The position numbers were made by a program, and so were the translations under genes. Source: Eledone cirrhosa (lineage: Eukaryota). From it: DNA of 64,000 bases. Position 1 is the stretch's first letter; the number at the start of each line of letters is the position of its first letter. The notes beneath the pieces were generated by a model, which saw nothing but the letters and a program-made list of their open reading frames with translations, ran no database searches and was not told the DNA's origin. The stretch is from positions 123,876,001 through 123,940,000 of the forward strand of contig OZ024745.1 in assembly GCA_964016885.1 (NCBI GenBank), given 5' to 3'. Shown piece after piece: positions 24,854-36,849 of the stretch.

Positions 24854-26158
24854 TCATCATCATCATCATCATCATCATCGTTTAACGTCTATCTTCCATG
24901 CTCGCATGGGTCTGGACGGGAATTGTCCCACTTGAGGCAAGATTGGTTGTCTTGCTCAGGACTGTCTGGCGGGTTTTCTACGGCTGGATGCCCTTCCTAA
25001 CGCCAACCACATTTACAGTGTGGACTGGGGGTTTTTTACTGTGTTACCTACACGGCCACATTACAGCGTGGACTGTGTGTTTTTTGTTGTGACACCTACA
25101 CAGCCTAATTTATTTAGGACTGGATGTTGTGGTACCAACATGACTTTACATCGAAAGGGGTGGTGTAGATGGGGTAGGAGTAGTGGGACGGGGGTGTATA
25201 TTTGGTTAAGAGGTGCCTACTGACTGTAAGTTTCGCTTTGTACTTAGGTAAGGCGGGTCTTCTGTATTACTGCGTAGCGCGAAAGATCTCGGTCCAGTGA
25301 CATTGTCTTGGAGAGGTGTAAGTGTGTGAGGTCGGAATTTATCAAGTCGTCCCAGGTTTTTCTGGGCCTGCCTACTCCGTGGCTACCGTCTATTTTGATC
25401 GCCCTGCACTTTTTTATACAGCTGTCGTCTTTCATGCGCATCACGTGACCATACCAACGTAGTCTTCTCACGTGTAAAGAGCATCTGATCCCTCTTATTC
25501 CTAATTTCTCACTTAGTTCGTTTATGCCTTGCCGTTCACGTATATTACTATTAAACATCCAACGGAGCATGCAAGCTTCATTCCTCTCCAGTCTGCGTAG
25601 GTCCTCTGCACGTAATGCCCATGTCTCACTGCCATGTAACATTGCTGTTTGTATGCAAGCATCATACAGCCTGCCTTTCATTTTTAGAGAGAAACCTTTA
25701 GCGACCAATAGTGGTATAAGCTCTCTGAACTTTTTCCATCCCATTCTGACTCTAGCTACTGTACTTTCAGAGCACCCTCCACCATTGCTGATTTTGTCAC
25801 ACCCAAGTAACGGAACATGTCCACTATTTCTATAGAACGATCTGTGCAATGGAATGAGCTAGTATTCTGTGGGCACTTGCTGCTACTTATTGCACCTGAG
25901 CACTGGCCACATATAAAATCTATATTCTTAGTTAGCTTACCTGTGATCCCACTACATCTTTTATGCACCCATACTTTGCATTTGGGACATAAAATGGAGT
26001 TTCTGCCTACTCCTTTCCTACACACTGAGCATGGCCATTTCCCAGATGGGACCAGTGCCCTATTTTCCTTCCTACATACTAGAACTTTAGTCTTAGACAA
26101 GTTAATTTTAAGGCCTTTTGATTCTAGGCCATGCTTCCATGTTTGGAATTTCTTCTCT
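24854..26158 (-). mobile_element. 5'-truncated RTE LINE with PHD-like finger
   Basis: ORFs 25756-26100 (KTKVLV..WPCSVC..CPKC..HKRC..CGQC) and 25244-25849; (CAT)n tail. Confidence 0.92.
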
Positions 26159-26588
26159 GTAAAGTGGTATTGCTGGTGTCATGATAAAAGCATGTGTTCC
26201 ACCCTGTGAGGTGTTAGTGTTAATGGCACAATGAAAAGCACCTTGTCCACCTTGTAAGGTGATTGTGTTGGTGCCATGATAAAATGATCCCAGTACATGC
26301 TCCGAAGGGGCTGATGTTAGGAAGTATGAAACAGAGAAACCAAGCTAAAAATGGAATGTATAAGCAAGACAGGGCTCTCCTGATATGTCCAGCCTCAAAA
26401 CATGGCATCCCATCTAACCCATCTAAGCATGGAAAATAGACATTAAAAGATAAGGATGATAGTAGTCTTTTTTCATGGTTTGCATGGCTACATCACGTGA
26501 CATACAAGTATTCCACAATATACCGTTTGGAACACACATGACAAGACTGGCATTTTGATAGACAGTACATACAAATATGAAGAACTTC

Positions 26589-26816
26589 TTAACCCCTTAG
26601 CATTTAAACCGGCCGTATCCAGCCAGAATTCTCTTACACCTTTCTGTTCGAACAGGCTATAACCAGCCACCCATACTAATGTTAACGTATTGTTCTCGAA
26701 ATAAATAATATCAAAATCTCATAGATTTGATGTTATGTGAGATAATTATGTGAAGTAAAGCCTTTACTGTGAAAATATAATAGAATATATATAGAGTAAT
26801 GTAAATGCTAAAGGGT
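26589..26816. mobile_element. piggyBac-type MITE family A
   Basis: TTAA-CCCCTTAGCATTT...AAATGCTAAAGGG. Confidence 0.85.
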
Positions 26817-28611
26817 TTCATATGCTCCCATACTGTTCTCATTAGATTGTGGCCATGCTAGGACAGCACTTCAAAGAGAGTTAGTTGATCATATCAACCT
26901 CAGTACTTATTTTTTTCAAATCTGGTACATATTATATCAATCTCTTTTGTCAAGCCACTAGATTATGGAACACAAACATGGGATCACACAAACACACACA
27001 TACACATGCACAGACACACTCATGCATATATATGACAGGCTGCCACATAGTTTTTGTTTACCAAATTTCACTTTCAAAGCATTGGTCCAGCTGAAGCTAT
27101 AGTTGAAAACACTTACTCAAGATGCTAAGTTGTGGGGCTCGCCATGAAACTATGTGTTTAGAGTGTTAATTATTTATCCACACATATATAGCTATGCCTA
27201 TTGAGTATATGTAGAGCGTAAAAATTTAAATATTATTATTTCTTAACTCTGACTTTAAAGATATACAAGAACTGAGTGTCATAGCAGATGTACATGTCAT
27301 GATTTAGCGAACATTCCATTAGATGTGTTAGAAGATTGAAGTTATTTATTTAATTATATTTGAACAGGTGTATTCTGTTGACTCTAACTGAACTTTCAGA
27401 CTCTATTTTTAAAATAATGCCAGCAGTTTCTTAACAAAAATGCTGTGAAAAAACAAACTTTTGACACTTTGATCTAACAGTAAATCTATAATTTCTATTG
27501 CTTACATATTCGACAAACTTCTTTGAAACACTAGAAGGCATGATTTCTATAAAATTACTAAAATGGAATTTCTTAACATTTCACTTAAACTCCTCTCCAT
27601 GTCTAGATTTTATTGCTAACTACATTCATATATTGAAAAATCTTATTTTTGTCACACTTTTCAACATATTTAGAGCTTTTTTTAGTTTTTTTTCTTTGTA
27701 TAGAACTAATGAAAATTATGCTAGACTATACAATATATAAAATTGCTATACTTTTTGCAGTTCAGATCTTATTAGTTACACCTTAGTAATAAAAGCGACA
27801 CAATTTTAAAGAACCATTTCCAATTAATGTCTTTAAATTCTTAAAAGTTTTGAAACAAAATTATCTTCATCTTTTTTATTTTATCTCATCATATTTTGTT
27901 ATTGCTATTTTTTATTTATCAATATAATTTATAAAATCTCTTGTAAAATTGCACTTATTGTATTTTGTGTTTATACTAAAATATTTAGTCATTTGTTGTC
28001 CTTTGTTAATAATGTTCAGCCTTAAGAAATACTTCATTACACTTAAAACTTTTAAACGTTTAGTATTTGTGTGTTTGTTCACACAAAAATATTCATCAAT
28101 AGTGGATGCTAAACAAACAAAAATAATATACGGATTCAATTAATTCTTCTGAAATACAAGAACAATTCATGTTTTGCTATTTGTAAATTGTGTGTATATG
28201 TGAGTGTATTAGATTCACATCAACATTTTATGAATACATTAATGCTGTGTCATCCTACCCATAAGTCTCCCTATCTAATGTATATCTATTACTTTATTAC
28301 TGCTAAAAATTGGTAGGAATTTAAAGAGATGAATAGATATTTGTACTAATGAAAAAATTGTTGTCTATTATTTCTCACTTTATCTTTGTTTATTAAACCT
28401 GACAAGTAAAAATTGGTTGAATATATTACTTCTTCAAAATAAAAATGACTGAATTTGCACAGTTCATATCTTATAAGAAGATATTACCCTTGTTGAAAGT
28501 GTCATGGTTAAGTGCACTTCATACACGACTTTAATCAGTGTACAGACATTATAAGTAAGGAGTATATTTTAATACTTTTCAATACTGAGCTCATATTTTC
28601 TTGTGGGGTAC

Positions 28612-28960
28612 ATCATCATCATCATCATCATCGTTTAATGTCAATTTTCCATGTTAGCATGGGTTAGATGGGTTTGTCCCATTAAAGGCAAGTTGGGTAG
28701 GGTGAACATGTCTCGCTCATATAAGACTGTTTCTGGCTAGATTTCTGCAGCTGGATGCCCTTCTTAATGCCAACCACATTTACAGTGTGGACTGGGTACT
28801 TTTTGTCGTGTCACCTACACAACCACTTTACAGTGTGGACTAGGTACTTTTTGTTGTGTCACTTACACAACCTCTTTACAGTTTGGGCTGGGTGCTTTTT
28901 GCTGTGACACCTACACGTCCACTTTACAGTGTGGGCTGGGTGCTTGTTGTCGTGACTCCT
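28612..28960 (-). mobile_element. RTE 3'UTR with four tandem 48-bp subrepeats
   Basis: (CAT)n tail; TTTACAGTGTGGACTGGGTACTTTTTGTCGTGTCACC unit repeated at ~28779-28960. Confidence 0.8.
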
Positions 28961-29274
28961 GTAGATTGAAATTGAAAACATGGATTAAAATCTTCAGAGT
29001 AACCAAAATAAAAAAACATTTACTTTAGATATGTAACAATTAAAATTAATTCTTTATAACATTTTAAGCTGTAACATTACATAAGATTTGCAATTTGGAA
29101 TAAACCCGAATTGTGACAAAGATCTGCAATTAACATTTGGTGTAAATTTTAAACTTAAGATCCTTAATTGACTTTCAGTTGATTAATGAGAATATCCATT
29201 TGAGATTCATAAACTATACCATGGATATGTAGAAAATACCAGCTTTAAAGGAATATTAACATAATCAGTGCAAA

Positions 29275-29420
29275 CACTGCGGTGTGGTTAAGGAGATCAC
29301 TTCACAACCTGGTGGTTTCAAGTTAGATTCACTCTCACTATATTGTATCTTGGGCAAGTGACTATTATTATAGCCTGGATTGTGAGTGAGATTTGATTGA
29401 CAGAAACTGCACAGGCCCCT
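29275..29420 (+). mobile_element. degenerate CORE-like tRNA SINE
   Basis: GTGTGGTTAAG head, CTTGGGCAAGTG core; relatives at ~19995-20130 and 26920-27200(-). Confidence 0.5.
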
Positions 29421-29605
29421 TGGATACACACATACATACATATATATATATAAGCAAAAAGGATATTCAATTTGTTGGTAATTCAACAAATATAAATGTT
29501 TATAACTGATTCAGAGCACTCAACAGGTTTTCTGGAGTATAATATACAATGCACTGTTAAGGTATATTCTCATTGGTTATGTCAAAATTTATAAAACACA
29601 CTTCG

Positions 29606-29666
29606 TATTTTATTTGATGATAGCGTACCAAAATTTTGGTACCCTTGAAATATATATAATAGAATA
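29606..29666 (+). ncRNA. family H1 hammerhead motif with mutated core (TTGATGA)
   Basis: Same flanks as 17490; stem II GTACCAAAATTTTGGTAC. Confidence 0.5.
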
Positions 29667-29888
29667 AATATAGTTTTATAAATATAGTTTCCATTTATTT
29701 AATATCATTGCACATATATATATATTTATGCATATATGTATCCTATCATCATCATTTAACGTCCATTTTTCTACACTAGCATGGGTTAAACGAGTTGTCC
29801 TATTGTGAGATAAACCACATCAGGTGACAGTCTTGCTCATACACAATTGATTCTGGCTTGGTTTCTATGACTAGAAGCCTCCTTCTAA

Positions 29889-30598
29889 TGGAGCCAGACA
29901 TGCTGTGGTTTTTCTCCGACGAGAAAAACTTCTGCCACAGACCAAAAGATCAACTCCCAGAACAACAGGTGGCTTGCTGTCTCATCCAAAGACTTGCCCA
30001 GAGTCATGCAGACAAAGTTTCCAGTGACAACATTGGTCCTAGGTGTCGTCAGCAGTCAAGGTAAAGTCGTGCCACCTCACTTCTTCCCTGAGGGCCTCAA
30101 GCTGAACACCGATGGCTACATCCGCGTTCTGAGCGAGGTAGTAAAGCGCTGGATCGACCAGGTAGCTGCAGGTAGGCCGTATGTGTGGCAGCAAGACTCA
30201 GCGCCCTGCCATACCAGCCGAAAACCCAAGCCTGGCTGTCAGAGAACTTCGTTGACCACATTTCACCTGACATCTGGCCTCCCAGCTCGCCTGACTGCAA
30301 CCCCGTCGACTTCTTTGTGTGGGGCGCAGTGGAACGAGACACCAACAGATCTAGCTGCAATACGAAAGACGATCTGAAGGCCAGGATCACAAGTGCCTTT
30401 AGGGGCCTAAGTTGGGGGACAGTGACGAAGGCCTATAGCCGGTTCCGAGGCAGTCATCAAAGCCAATGGCGGGTTTATCCAGTGAGATCGAAAGAACAAG
30501 TCATGAAGACAAACTGACCCAAGTTTGATAAATATATCTTAAAAAATAAAACTACTGTGTTATTTTTTCCTAGACGAACAAATATCGTCCGCACCCTG
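29889..30598 (+). pseudogene. DD37D (maT) Tc1/mariner transposase 3' half with right end
   Basis: WFFSDEK, WQQDSAPCH and WPPSSPDCNPVD motifs with 37 residues between the 2nd and 3rd Asp (read across a frameshift); ends GCACCCTG-TA; 5' side abuts an RTE tail. Confidence 0.88.
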
Positions 30599-30686
30599 TA
30601 TATGTGTGTGTATATATATATTTATATATATATATATATAAACCCATGCAAGCGTGGAAGATGGACGTTAAACGATGATGATGATG

Positions 30687-30717
<31 letters not shown>

Positions 30718-30871
30718 TACATATATATACAGAGAGAGAATAGACAATCAAATGGAGAGTTTAATAACAAATTTATGGAATATATATATAAAGACTTTAA
30801 ATTAAATATGAAAACTTTAGTGTAAGTGATCTCAGGATTAAGGCAGAGAAATAAGGGTTTCAAAATAGGAA

Positions 30872-31084
30872 TTAACCCTTTCATTACTACATTTCTTTGC
30901 AATTATTTAATGAAGAATTTTAATTGATTTAAATTATTAATTACTTAATTACCAAGATAGTGACTTTTTCCAATGGATTCTTATATAAAATGCTCGAAGA
31001 TTAATTTAAATAGGAACAGGTGTTTTTTTTTTATTATTGTAAAACTAAGCTCAATTTCAGTGGGGCTGGTATCAAAAGGGTTAA
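30872..31084. mobile_element. TTAA MITE family B
   Basis: TTAA-CCCTTT...GGTATCAAAAGGG-TTAA. Confidence 0.75.
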
Positions 31085-31572
31085 ACAATATTAAAGATTA
31101 TATATATTGATTTTAGGAGTAGAGTACTTGATTTAGTGGGTTGTTGTACAGGTGTAGTTTATTTAACTGGATTAGACTAATGAGTCTCAACTCCTCGATC
31201 TTGTAATGTCAATAATGCATTACTTGCTTGAATAAGCCTGTCCTATGTATAGGTATTACCACCAAATTTTGAGCAGGAAGGATGGAAGAAAATTTACTCC
31301 AAACATTTGATTTTAATTTTAAATCCTTAGATTTTAACTCCTATATATTCTTTTTCATTTTTATTTCAACACTCAACATTTGATAAGATGGATTTTAATA
31401 ATACATAGAAACCGGTAATTCTTCATATACTTTATATACATTATAAACTTTTTTTTAAAAAGAATTGTCCCTCTCTTTTTTTCAATAATGTTGTCTTTTC
31501 AATAATGTCACTTTGACGAATCAAAAAAGAAAAACAGACCCTTAAATATATTTCCCGTGCTATTTCCAGCTT

Positions 31573-31665
<93 letters not shown>

Positions 31666-31666
<1 letters not shown>

Positions 31667-31918
31667 GAGGCACGTGGCCTAGTGGTAAGAGTGTTGGTTT
31701 GATTCCTGGGCTGCGTGTTGTGTTCTTGAGAAAAACACTTCATTTCACGTTGCTCCAGTATACTCAGCTGGAAATGAGTACTAGCAATAGCTGGAGGTTT
31801 AACCCTGCGATGGACTGGCGTCCTGTCCAGGGAGGGAGTCTTGTACTCTCAGTAGCTTCACGCCATGAAACCGGGATAAGCACCGGCCAAATGAGCCTTC
31901 TGGCTTAAGACAGACTTT
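31666..31918 (+). mobile_element. tRNA-derived SINE, same core, fourth tail type
   Basis: GGAGGCACGTGGCCTAGTGG head, core, then CCCTGCGATGGACTGGCGTCCTGTCCAGGG tail. Confidence 0.75.
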
Positions 31919-31980
<62 letters not shown>

Positions 31981-32072
31981 ATGTGTGTGTGTTTCAATGT
32001 TTGTCTGTGCCACTGTCTTTATGATCCATAGTTACATTATATATATATACATATAATGTTTAATATAGAAAT

Positions 32073-32124
32073 GACTTCTACAGGACTAGAACTGTTTCAT
32101 TCGAAGGAAATCATCAGGAAAGCC
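32073..32124 (-). ncRNA. type I hammerhead ribozyme (family H2 variant)
   Basis: GGCTTTC-CTGATGA-TTTCCTTCGAAT-GAAACAG-ttctagtc-CTGTA-GAAGTC. Confidence 0.7.
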
Positions 32125-32324
32125 AACTGTCATTGTGATATGCTAGTAAGGGAAGGTGGTGATAGGGACGGGTGGCGGTCATTGGCTGAGAGATGTTAAG
32201 AACAGGGATTCTTTGAAAATACTATAATTAGAGAAATATACACAGTAATATAAAGGCAGATGTAAAAAGCATTCACACTAAGTACCTATAGACAAACACA
32301 TACGTACAGACAGCCACACCTATT

Positions 32325-32535
32325 TTAACCCTTTAACGTTCAAACCGGCCAAAACCGGCCAGAATTCTCTACATCTTTCTGTTGTAACTGGTCGCTCAAA
32401 CTGATGTTAAGGTATTGTTCTCAAAATAAATACTTTCAAAATCCCATAGATTCGATATTATGAGGTAATTATGTGAGGTAAAGCCTTTACCATGAAAATA
32501 TAATTTATAGAGTAATGTAAATGCTAAAGGGTTAA
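32325..32535. mobile_element. piggyBac-type MITE family A
   Basis: TTAA-CCCTTTAACGTTC...AAATGCTAAAGGG-TTAA. Confidence 0.85.
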
Positions 32536-33756
32536 GGTCCATTTATTCTAAGCAAACAAGGGGATTTCATTAAGTGGCTATATTAACATGTTCTGCTGAA
32601 GAATTTATGATATCAAAGGATGGTGAAGTTTGCAGTAATGGTCAGGCGTATCATCATCATCATCATCATACATCCGCTTTTCCCTGCTTGCAAGGGTGGG
32701 ACTGGTCCTATTCAGCACAGCATCTCTCCACCTGTCACGGTTCTTTGTCATCTCCTCCGTGAGCTTCAGCAATCTGAGGTCTGCTCTCACCACCTCCGCC
32801 CATGTTTTTCATGGTCTTCCTCTACTGCGTCTTCCTTCTACTGACCATTACTGCAAACTTCACCATCCTTTCATATCATAAATTCTTCAGCAGACCATGT
32901 TAATATAGTTTCAGAAGAACCCGTTAAGGGTGAAAGCAACGATTCTTTGCTTAAACTTTAATCTGTTATTTTAATAAATATTTGCTCTAGGGTTCTTATA
33001 TATTTGATATATATTCATCCTTATTGAGCCCTCTTTGGATTTTAGTCTTCGCATTTATTATTATTACTATTATTATTATTATATCATCATCATCATCATC
33101 ATCGTTTAACATCCGTCTTCCACGCTTGCATGGAATATATATATGTAGAGAGAGAGATAACTGCACGTAAAATCATTGAATATTATATTGAAGTTACATA
33201 TAACAAATTCAAGTCACACTTTTATTCAGATAGGATCTCTTTTCAGAATGAATAAATTGAACAATTTACCTCTCTCACACATTTTATTTGAGGTTTTAAA
33301 AATTCTAATAATGATTACTCTCAGTTAAAGCTGAACTAGATTTTAATGTAATTTATATCTAACTGAAGTTCTTGAAATTATAACTTGTAAGGTACCACTT
33401 ATCTGGAATTCTGTCCTCATACTTACACCGAGCCTCGCATTCTTTCTATTATCAAATCTTTGACCTAAGACAGATTGCTGTTAATAATTTATCATTTTAA
33501 TCTTTGTTATATTATATACACATCTTGTATACATCTACATATATATCATCATCATTGTTTTACATCCATTTTTTCATGCTTGCATGGGTCAGATGGGTTG
33601 TTCGCGTTGAGGATTGGCCCCACCATACCTTGATCTGATGGGATTGTAAATTTGGCCAGGGTTTTTTACAGTTGGATGCCCTTCCTAACACCATTTATAT
33701 GTTTGTCTATGATTTTATACATGCATATTTATGCACATATGTTTATGTGCATACAT

Positions 33757-34000
33757 CGAGTTCCAGACTGGTGATGCAAATTCTAAGTGTGGCTACACCA
33801 TAGCTATATACAGCTTTAAATAGATAGCTGGTGAGCAGCTGACAAAGGTTTTACTGAATGATGCCAAGACACCTTCGGGCTCGGTAGTGTTGACAAATTT
33901 GGGAAGCATGAACGTTTTGAAGGATGCAATGTCCCAACAGTAAACAACTGATGCTGGTAGTTTGTTCCATGTCTCAGCAACTCTGAGCAAGAAAAAATGT
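33757..34000 (-). mobile_element. internally deleted CR1-like fragment
   Basis: LRVAETWNKLPASVV and EFASPVWN motifs shared with 39516-40160. Confidence 0.7.
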
Positions 34001-34298
34001 TTATATATTTCAAAAATATTTTCTAGTTAGCGTCCTTATATAATGTTATTTTTGAAAATATTTAATTTGGTATGGACATTTTCATCTACTTTGGATATTA
34101 ATTCTACGTTATTTTTATTTGTTCCCTAAACCTTTGGCTTTCATTTATCTCAGTCTAACTGGTAGTAGTGGAATTAAAATGATATATGTCTTATAAAAAA
34201 ATAATTGTATGTATATCATTTGATTTTATTGATGTTAGTGAAACGTGCGTCTGATAATAAATGAGTTTATTCCATCAAGAACATTGTTTTTTATTTAA

Positions 34299-34383
<85 letters not shown>

Positions 34384-35385
34384 GTATAGCAATTAGTAAA
34401 ATCCCAACGGAGGGCCCACTCTGTCAGCTTACATGTGTAAGTGTCTGTGTCGAGGTGGGAGAGAGAAACTCTAAAACATATTGATTTTATCTTCTTCAGT
34501 CAACAATTAACTGATTAATCTAATTTAATTGCAATGACCTAAATTGGAAGTTGCTGGTTTTAAAAGGGAAACAAAAAAGTTAGGCTTAGATGACTTGTGT
34601 TTGTATGTTTTGTAGGATTGGTCTCTGAAAGCTGCTGCTTAGAGGAAAATTAACTTAGGATCAGAACAGTTTGGAATATGATAAAGTAGATGTTGACAAT
34701 GTTTTGCTATCACAAATTTTTTTTCATCAACTTTCGGAACCCTTTTGTGACTGTAATCCTAATGAAATACACTCAACTTCAATTAATATATTTAAAATTT
34801 TGAGGCATTTGTTAGAATTATTAATTATTTCAGTCCTAAGATAGTGATTTAACATATATCTCATATATAAAATTATGTTGGAAGGTTTTAATTTAAAGAG
34901 GAGCCCTTTAAAATAAGTGGTTTTGTTTCATAGAACCAAAGCCAGTTTTTGGACAAGTTGGGGTCAGATATGTTAAACAAGTCATGTTTAGATATATATG
35001 TCCACACACATGATATAATTGATATAACTCTTTAACCACCAACCTGCCTTTATTAAAGTGTCCGAATTTAAATTTAATTCTTGTAGTGAAATCTCACTAT
35101 TACATGATATTTAATATTAGTTTTCAGTCTTTTATTATTAAATTTGAAAGTTATTTCACTGACCATACAGCAGTTTTTGTCTTCTTATTCATAGTCATAT
35201 TTCACTGCACCTCATTAGTTGTCTTATTTTACTAAACCTCTCATAATTCCTTATTATTTTGATGATTAAAACACATGTCCTTGTTAGGAATATGGTCACC
35301 AAAGGGCTAAACTATCCTTCGCTATCATATAATCTTTTCATCAAATCTCTTAAACAGGATACCTGTTTATATGTATATGTGTGTG

Positions 35386-35431
<46 letters not shown>

Positions 35432-35775
35432 AAAAGATAACAAGGACGATTGGTTACTCCTTCATTACATTTATTGGTTCGTGACACGTGTTTCGCCACT
35501 GATCAGCTCAAGGTTCAATCTGTATCTTACCCAATCTTACCCAACTCTGTAATCCGCAGCTCGACGGACCCCTTGAAATGCTAGAAAATGAATACATGCT
35601 ATATGATAAAGTCAGAAGTTCATATGTTGGTCAATAAGGATTGTTTTGATTGGTGGAATAGATCATAGGGATGCTTTTTGCCTGTAGTGCATGTGGGGGT
35701 GGATGACACAGAAGGGAACCTAAACATCGAGTGCTCACACGGGTGAACCTACAGTAACTCCAAGTTACACTCCCT

Positions 35776-35867
<92 letters not shown>

Positions 35868-35869
<2 letters not shown>

Positions 35870-36058
35870 GTTATTCCGGGTTGAATCGGAGGTAACCACA
35901 GTAAGTAAGGTACTCAATACATTGCAGAGTATAAGAGTTTTAATATAGATGAGATTCTACAGGACTAGAACTGTTTCATTCTTTAGAAATCATCAGGAAT
36001 CCCTGATGATTTCTAAAGAATGAAACAGTTCTAGTCCTGTAGAATCTCATCTATATTA

Positions 36059-36062
<4 letters not shown>
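35868..36062 (-). mobile_element. family H2 hammerhead fold-back element in (TA)n
   Basis: Near-identical to 22482-22683 in the opposite orientation; palindrome 35938-36062 with CTGATGA cores on both strands. Confidence 0.8.
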
Positions 36063-36094
<32 letters not shown>

Positions 36095-36633
36095 CACCCA
36101 ACCCACACTGTAAAGTGGTCATGTAGGAGTCACGACAACAAGCACCTACCCAACACACACTGTAAATGTGGTTGACATTAGTAAGGGCATCCAGCTGTAG
36201 AAATCTAGCCAGAAACAGTTCTATATGAGCAAGACATGGTCACCTGACCCAACATGCCTCAAATGGGACAACTTGTCTAACCCATGCTTGCATGGAAAGT
36301 TGACATTAAATGATGATGATGATGATATATAGGGCAACACTCATGATAAAATACTTAAACTCTTCACTATTATAAAATTCTTTTCACCAGATTTCTTATT
36401 TCTTTTGCTTCCAAACTGCCCCTTGTTCTATGATACAGAGCTATTTATTTTTAATTGTTTATATTCATCTAACCAGTTCCATCATAGTTTTATGTAAGAA
36501 GCTTTATTGTCCAAATACCAGCTTTATTATTTGAAAATGATAAGCAGTGTCTTTTATTAGAAATATTATTCTATTAGGTTTAAACACTATAACAAGGTAT
36601 ATATATATATTCCTTTAATATCATGAAATAGGC

Positions 36634-36849
36634 TTAACCCTTTAACAGTTACATCACTCTATTTTTACTATTAAATTTTCTCAGAAAAGGCTTTATCTCA
36701 CATAATATCAAAACTACGAGATTTTGATGTTATTTATATTGAGAACAATACCTTATCATTGGTAAGAGTGGCCAGTTACAGCTGGTTTGAACTGAAAGAG
36801 GTGAGATAATTCTGGCTGGATACGGCTGGTTTAAATACTAAAGGGTTAA
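36634..36849. mobile_element. piggyBac-type MITE family A
   Basis: TTAA-CCCTTTAAC...ACTAAAGGG-TTAA. Confidence 0.85.

Noticed and set aside
34617-34690. Acceptor-like TTTTGTAG followed by unique sequence (also 19330, 21070, 43875 and 46034)
   Set aside because: Stops in all frames or no good donor; cannot be supported as coding exons
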